Source: the human T2T-CHM13v2.0 reference genome, Homo sapiens
Strand: one strand, 5' to 3'
NCBI RefSeq assembly: GCF_009914755.1
Contig: NC_060931.1
Length of the DNA stretch: 64,000 nucleotides
The translations under genes were made by a program, and so were the position numbers. The first letter of the stretch is position 1; each line of letters starts with the position of its first letter. The notes below the pieces were generated by a model that was given only the letters and a program-made list of their open reading frames with translations, was not told the DNA's origin and ran no database searches. This document shows positions 61,201 through 64,000 of the stretch, in pieces.

Positions 61201-63416
61201 TCCCAGGGGAAGCCCACCTCGTGGGGAGCTTATTGTTCACAGAGACACTTATGGGTCCCAGAGAGCCCTCATCTGGAGGTGTCTCAGATAAAGGGGACAT
61301 CCTGCTTTTGTTCCCTGCAAGTCACACCCTCTTGTTTGTGGGGTGTGGGGTACTGGTTGGGGTGAGTGTGGTGGGGAGTGAGGACGATGGGCTAGGTGGG
61401 GTTGAGTGGGCAGAGAGGGGGAATTGGGGTAGTGATGGAAGGGTCACAAGCTGGTCCAGCTTGCTGCCCTCCCTTTCCCCACCCCATTTTTCCACCTCCC
61501 CTTGCCCTCAGGGCTTACTTGGTAGAAGGCGTGGAAGTTTCTTTCACCCACGTGCTGCTTGAGGACCCGAGACTGAGGAGAGAGGGGCAGATGGACTCAG
61601 GCCTGGGAAGGAGTCTGACCCTGGGGACCCCATCTGAACATTCCCAGGTGCAAGGCAGGCTGGGGGTCAGAGAGTCCTGACTATGAGGACACTGAGGCCC
61701 AGAGAAGGGCCACAGGGAGAGACAGCCCAGCCCTCCTAAGCTGCACCGTCGGGATGGGTACCTTCCCAGGCCTGGGATGGGTCTCGGCCAGGGCTCCCCA
61801 TGGAGGTCTCCTCAGCCCACCTGCCCACCTTCTCCAGTAGGTAGCTGTGGATGTGTCCTCCGATCGGGTCCCCCTTGAAGTCAAAGTTGATGTCCATGTA
61901 CTTGCCAAAGCGGCTGGAGTTGTGATTGCGGTTGGTGCGGGCATTGCCAAAGGCCTCCAGCACACAGGTGGACTTGAGCAGCACGTCCTTGACCCTGTCA
62001 GGGCAGAGGGGCTGGGTCTTAAGGCAAAGACTTCCCATCTGGGGAATGCTGTCTCTGCCCCTGAGTCTTCCCAACAGAAATCACAGCATCTCAGGATGAG
62101 TTCCTCTGAACTTGCTGAGAGGGAACCAATGGCCTGGCCTCGCCCAGTGTTGCCTCTGAGGTTGTGTGACGGTCACTTCACCTCTGAGAGGCTGGGAAAT
62201 GCACTTGCCGGGCTGGCTGTGCTCAGCATGGTCTGTGTAGCATTGAGGTCCTTGTTTCTCACAGCCACCTCTTCCCCTCCCAGGCCTCAGCTGCAGCCTG
62301 GGGAGGAGGGGCTGTTCTGACCACTGGGCTTTAGACCTCCAGCTGCAGGGGTGGGCAGTGGTGCTGGCCATATGTGCTCAGGAACTGACATTGCTTGTCC
62401 CCCCTGAATCCCATCTCGCTGCCTCTTGATAGGAAGAGACAGGCACTGACAGAGGAAGCTGCTTCCATAAGGGACAGGTTTCCTGGTTTCAAGGCTCCTG
62501 GCCATCACCCACACAGCCACCTGGCATGCTTGGCCATCTTGGCCAGGGCCTGCCAGCTTCTCCAGGTTTCCATGGAATCTGCCTGCTGCCCTGTCCATGA
62601 GCCATTTCAAGCATCTCTGGGCCCTGCTGCACTTCTCCTCATCCTACCTGTGGCTGCTGCCTCCTCCCAGCTGGTAGGCCCAGTACCTTGGCTAGGTCTC
62701 ACCCACCCAAGGAGAGGTCCTTGGCATGGGTCACCCTGTCTCACCTCCGGGTGTGTTGGCATTATCTGGAAACTTCCCAAGTTCCCACTGAACTTGACCT
62801 GAGCTAGACTCCAGTTGCCGTCTCTCACTCCCCAGAGCCAGCCCTTCCTGCCACACTGAGGTCCCTGGCCTGCCATGCTGAGGCCCAGAGCTGCCCATTG
62901 CCACTCACCTCTCCACCTCAGCCCTCTGGCTTGGATTGGTGACAGCAGCGATGTACTGCATGATGTGCTTACTGGCTTCTGTCTTCCCTGCCCCACTCTC
63001 CCCTGCCGGAAAGACCAGAGTTGAGAGAATCAGCCAGGTTCGCTCTCTTAGCCCAGCTCCCTGTGCCCACTCACACCCCCAAGACTGGCAAGATGGGGTC
63101 CTAGGGCCCCCATCAGGACACAGGGCACAGGAGATGCTCTAATGGCCCTCCCAAATGTTCACAAATGAAGATGCCGAGGGTGGGGGCCCGGCGGCAGGGA
63201 CAGGTACCTGAGATGACGATGCAGGTGTCCCTGGACCGGTGCTTCATTGCCTTGTAGGCGGCGTTGGCCACAGCATAGAGATGGGGTGGCCGCTCATAGA
63301 GCTCACGGCCCTGGTACCTGGCGATGGCCTCAGGCCCATACAGGGGCAGCTCCTGGTAGGGGTTCACGGACACCAGCACCTCACCGATGTAGGTGTAGAT
63401 GCGGCCCTTCTCGAAC
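49085..63416 (-). CDS. MYO1G: Unconventional myosin-Ig, spliced CDS exons 2-22 (exon 1 outside the window)
   Basis: ORF fragments give class-I myosin motifs: GESGAGKT P-loop, NSSRFGK, DIYGFE, CIKPN, an IQ-like segment and a TH1 tail ending FTLLWPSR*. The 21 GT-AG exons join in frame (2962 nt). The [11 protein letters not shown]-2 peptide is present. Confidence 0.99.
49316..49470 (-). CDS. MYO1G: MYO1G exon 21 ([12 protein letters not shown]...AHCQ)
   Basis: AG/GT boundaries, 155 nt. Confidence 0.95.
50395..50508 (-). CDS. MYO1G: MYO1G exon 20 (VNRFHK...VPLEA)
   Basis: AG/GT boundaries, 114 nt. Confidence 0.96.
50695..50810 (-). repeat. 60-nt-period tandem duplication of the exon 19 3' end plus splice donor
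   Basis: tctaaccttgcagacgtggctagaaaaagagcacagccctgaagccatccttgtccc vs tctaaccttgcggacatggcttgaaaagagcacagccccgaagccatctttgtccc. Confidence 0.93.
50761..50865 (-). CDS. MYO1G: MYO1G exon 19 (ATDNPT...FSSHVRK)
   Basis: cag| acceptor, AAG|gttaga donor, 105 nt. Confidence 0.94.
51291..51435 (-). CDS. MYO1G: MYO1G exon 18 (WRARQLV...DYLSS)
   Basis: AG/GT boundaries, 145 nt. Confidence 0.96.
51983..52206 (-). CDS. MYO1G: MYO1G exon 17 (AWRGTLAR...ALFC; IQ/neck region)
   Basis: AG/GT boundaries, 224 nt. Confidence 0.96.
52419..52626 (-). CDS. MYO1G: MYO1G exon 16 (YKMTCE...LLLQK)
   Basis: AG/GT boundaries, 208 nt. Confidence 0.96.
52748..52866 (+). repeat. Short degenerate repeat of CACATGTCC-like units in intron 15
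   Basis: About 7 copies of ca(c/t)atgt(c/t)c. Confidence 0.6.
53018..53184 (-). CDS. MYO1G: MYO1G exon 15 ([11 protein letters not shown]...FLL)
   Basis: AG/GT boundaries, 167 nt. Confidence 0.97.
53951..54083 (-). CDS. MYO1G: MYO1G exon 14 (TDPTLR...NLASK)
   Basis: AG/GT boundaries, 133 nt. Confidence 0.96.
54230..54304 (-). CDS. MYO1G: MYO1G exon 13 ([12 protein letters not shown]...)
   Basis: AG/GT boundaries, 75 nt. Confidence 0.96.
54850..55140 (-). mobile_element. AluS in MYO1G intron 12 (sense to the gene)
   Basis: Alu dimer. Confidence 0.93.
55335..55565. mobile_element. MER5A-like DNA transposon in intron 12
   Basis: cacctgggagcttgttagaaatgcagaatct signature. Confidence 0.7.
55758..55828 (-). 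CDS. MYO1G: MYO1G exon 12 (LCPTDK...HYAGDV)
   Basis: tag| acceptor, |gtaag donor, 71 nt. Confidence 0.96.
56050..56220 (-). CDS. MYO1G: MYO1G exon 11 (VEYFNN...YTSRQ)
   Basis: AG/GT boundaries, 171 nt. Confidence 0.96.
56385..56499 (-). CDS. MYO1G: MYO1G exon 10 ([15 protein letters not shown]...WQS)
   Basis: AG/GT boundaries, 115 nt. Confidence 0.97.
56937..57082 (-). CDS. MYO1G: MYO1G exon 9 (AVYQRLF...[11 protein letters not shown])
   Basis: AG/GT boundaries, 146 nt, switch II motif. Confidence 0.97.
57180..57404 (-). CDS. MYO1G: MYO1G exon 8 (GNIEF...DACAK)
   Basis: AG/GT boundaries, 225 nt. Confidence 0.96.
58018..58134 (-). CDS. MYO1G: MYO1G exon 7 (ALDSDEQ...AILHL)
   Basis: AG/GT boundaries, 117 nt. 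Confidence 0.96.
58460..58570 (-). CDS. MYO1G: MYO1G exon 6 (LLRGSEDK...MTVHS)
   Basis: tag| acceptor, |gtgagt donor, 111 nt. Confidence 0.95.
58757..61290 (+). repeat. Diverged tandem array of about 45 units of ~56 bp in MYO1G intron 5
   Basis: Consensus approximately CCCAGGGAGCTCCCACCTCAGTGGGGAGCTCAGAGTCTGTGGAGACACTGCCTGTGT; anchors at 58759, 58870, 58926, 58981, 59036, 59093, 59149. Confidence 0.92.
61519..61572 (-). CDS. MYO1G: MYO1G exon 5 ([18 protein letters not shown])
   Basis: cag| acceptor, |gtaag donor, 54 nt. Confidence 0.96.
61829..61994 (-). CDS. MYO1G: MYO1G exon 4 (VKDVLLKS...NSSRFGK...YLLEK)
   Basis: AG/GT boundaries, 166 nt. Confidence 0.97.
62909..63002 (-). CDS. MYO1G: MYO1G exon 3 (P-loop [11 protein letters not shown])
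   Basis: cag| acceptor, |gtgagt donor, 94 nt. Confidence 0.97.
63208..63416 (-). CDS. MYO1G: MYO1G exon 2 ([17 protein letters not shown]...CIVISG)
   Basis: ccag| acceptor, |gtacc donor, 209 nt. Confidence 0.97.
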
Positions 63417-64000
63417 CTGGACACAGCAGGGGTAGGCCTCAGCACTCACAGGCTTACAGGCACCCACAGGCCTTTCGCCAGAGCCCATATCAGGGCCTGG
63501 CCCCAGTAGGCCAGCGCTCCCACCCTGACGGGCTGAGAGTGGAGAAGGAAGAAGGGGGCAGGTGTTGACCTTGCGTCTCCCTGGTGCCATCCTGGGTGAG
63601 CTGAGCCACTCAGAGACTGTCTCCATTGCGGCATAGAGTTTGGGGTCCACAGTGGTCTCCCCAGGGATCCCAAGGTCACTGGAAACATGACCACTCATTT
63701 TGCAAAGGAAACAGACTTGCCCAAGACTGCACTGGGTGCCGTGAGTCAGGGCTGGCTCCTGGGGTGAACCCCGCAGGGCAGATGGGGAGATGGGGTTGAG
63801 AAGTGACTGGGCTGGGAGGGGAAGGAGGGGCCTCCTCGGCTGTTTCCTGTCTCAAGGCCTGGGCGGGAACCCAGAGACAAAAGGGGACCCCACCCAGCCC
63901 CACCCAGATGACAGGGAGGGAGTTGATGTCGTTGTCTTTACACCCCCGACCCCCCAGCCTGTGGCCAGTGGCTGCTGCCTCTCCCCTGGTACAGCCTCAG

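Noticed and set aside
58757-61290. CRISPR array or iron-responsive elements (CAGTG loops)
   Set aside because: This is eukaryotic DNA with no cas genes, and inter-hairpin segments are homologous rather than unique spacers. CAGTG is not closed by the 5-bp stem and C bulge that an IRE needs.

Overview
Primate genomic DNA, almost certainly human; from memory of the MYO1G locus this is chr7p13. The right quarter (49.0-63.4 kb, minus strand) holds coding exons 2-22 of MYO1G (myosin 1G, source of minor histocompatibility antigen HA-2). All intron boundaries read GT-AG and stay in phase. The 21 exons total 2962 nt, so exon 1 (about 95 coding nt) lies beyond the right edge. The left ~46 kb is Alu-dense intergenic DNA with an Alu-interrupted MRPS23 processed pseudogene, a solo MER9 LTR, a two-LTR MaLR provirus, old L1/L2/MIR/DNA-transposon fragments and a near-consensus CTCF site. 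The most unusual structures are: (i) a ~2.5 kb array of ~56-bp double-hairpin units filling MYO1G intron 5; (ii) a 60-nt duplication of the exon 19 3' end and splice donor that could add 20 aa in frame; (iii) a 1.45 kb switch-region-like G(n)CTGA array just past the MYO1G polyA site; (iv) a ~1.1 kb degenerate telomere-like tract; (v) an L1 with an apparent 5' inversion plus 3' transduction; and (vi) a snap-back/templated insertion scar. Repeat family names are from recognition by eye, not RepeatMasker, and repeat boundaries are approximate.
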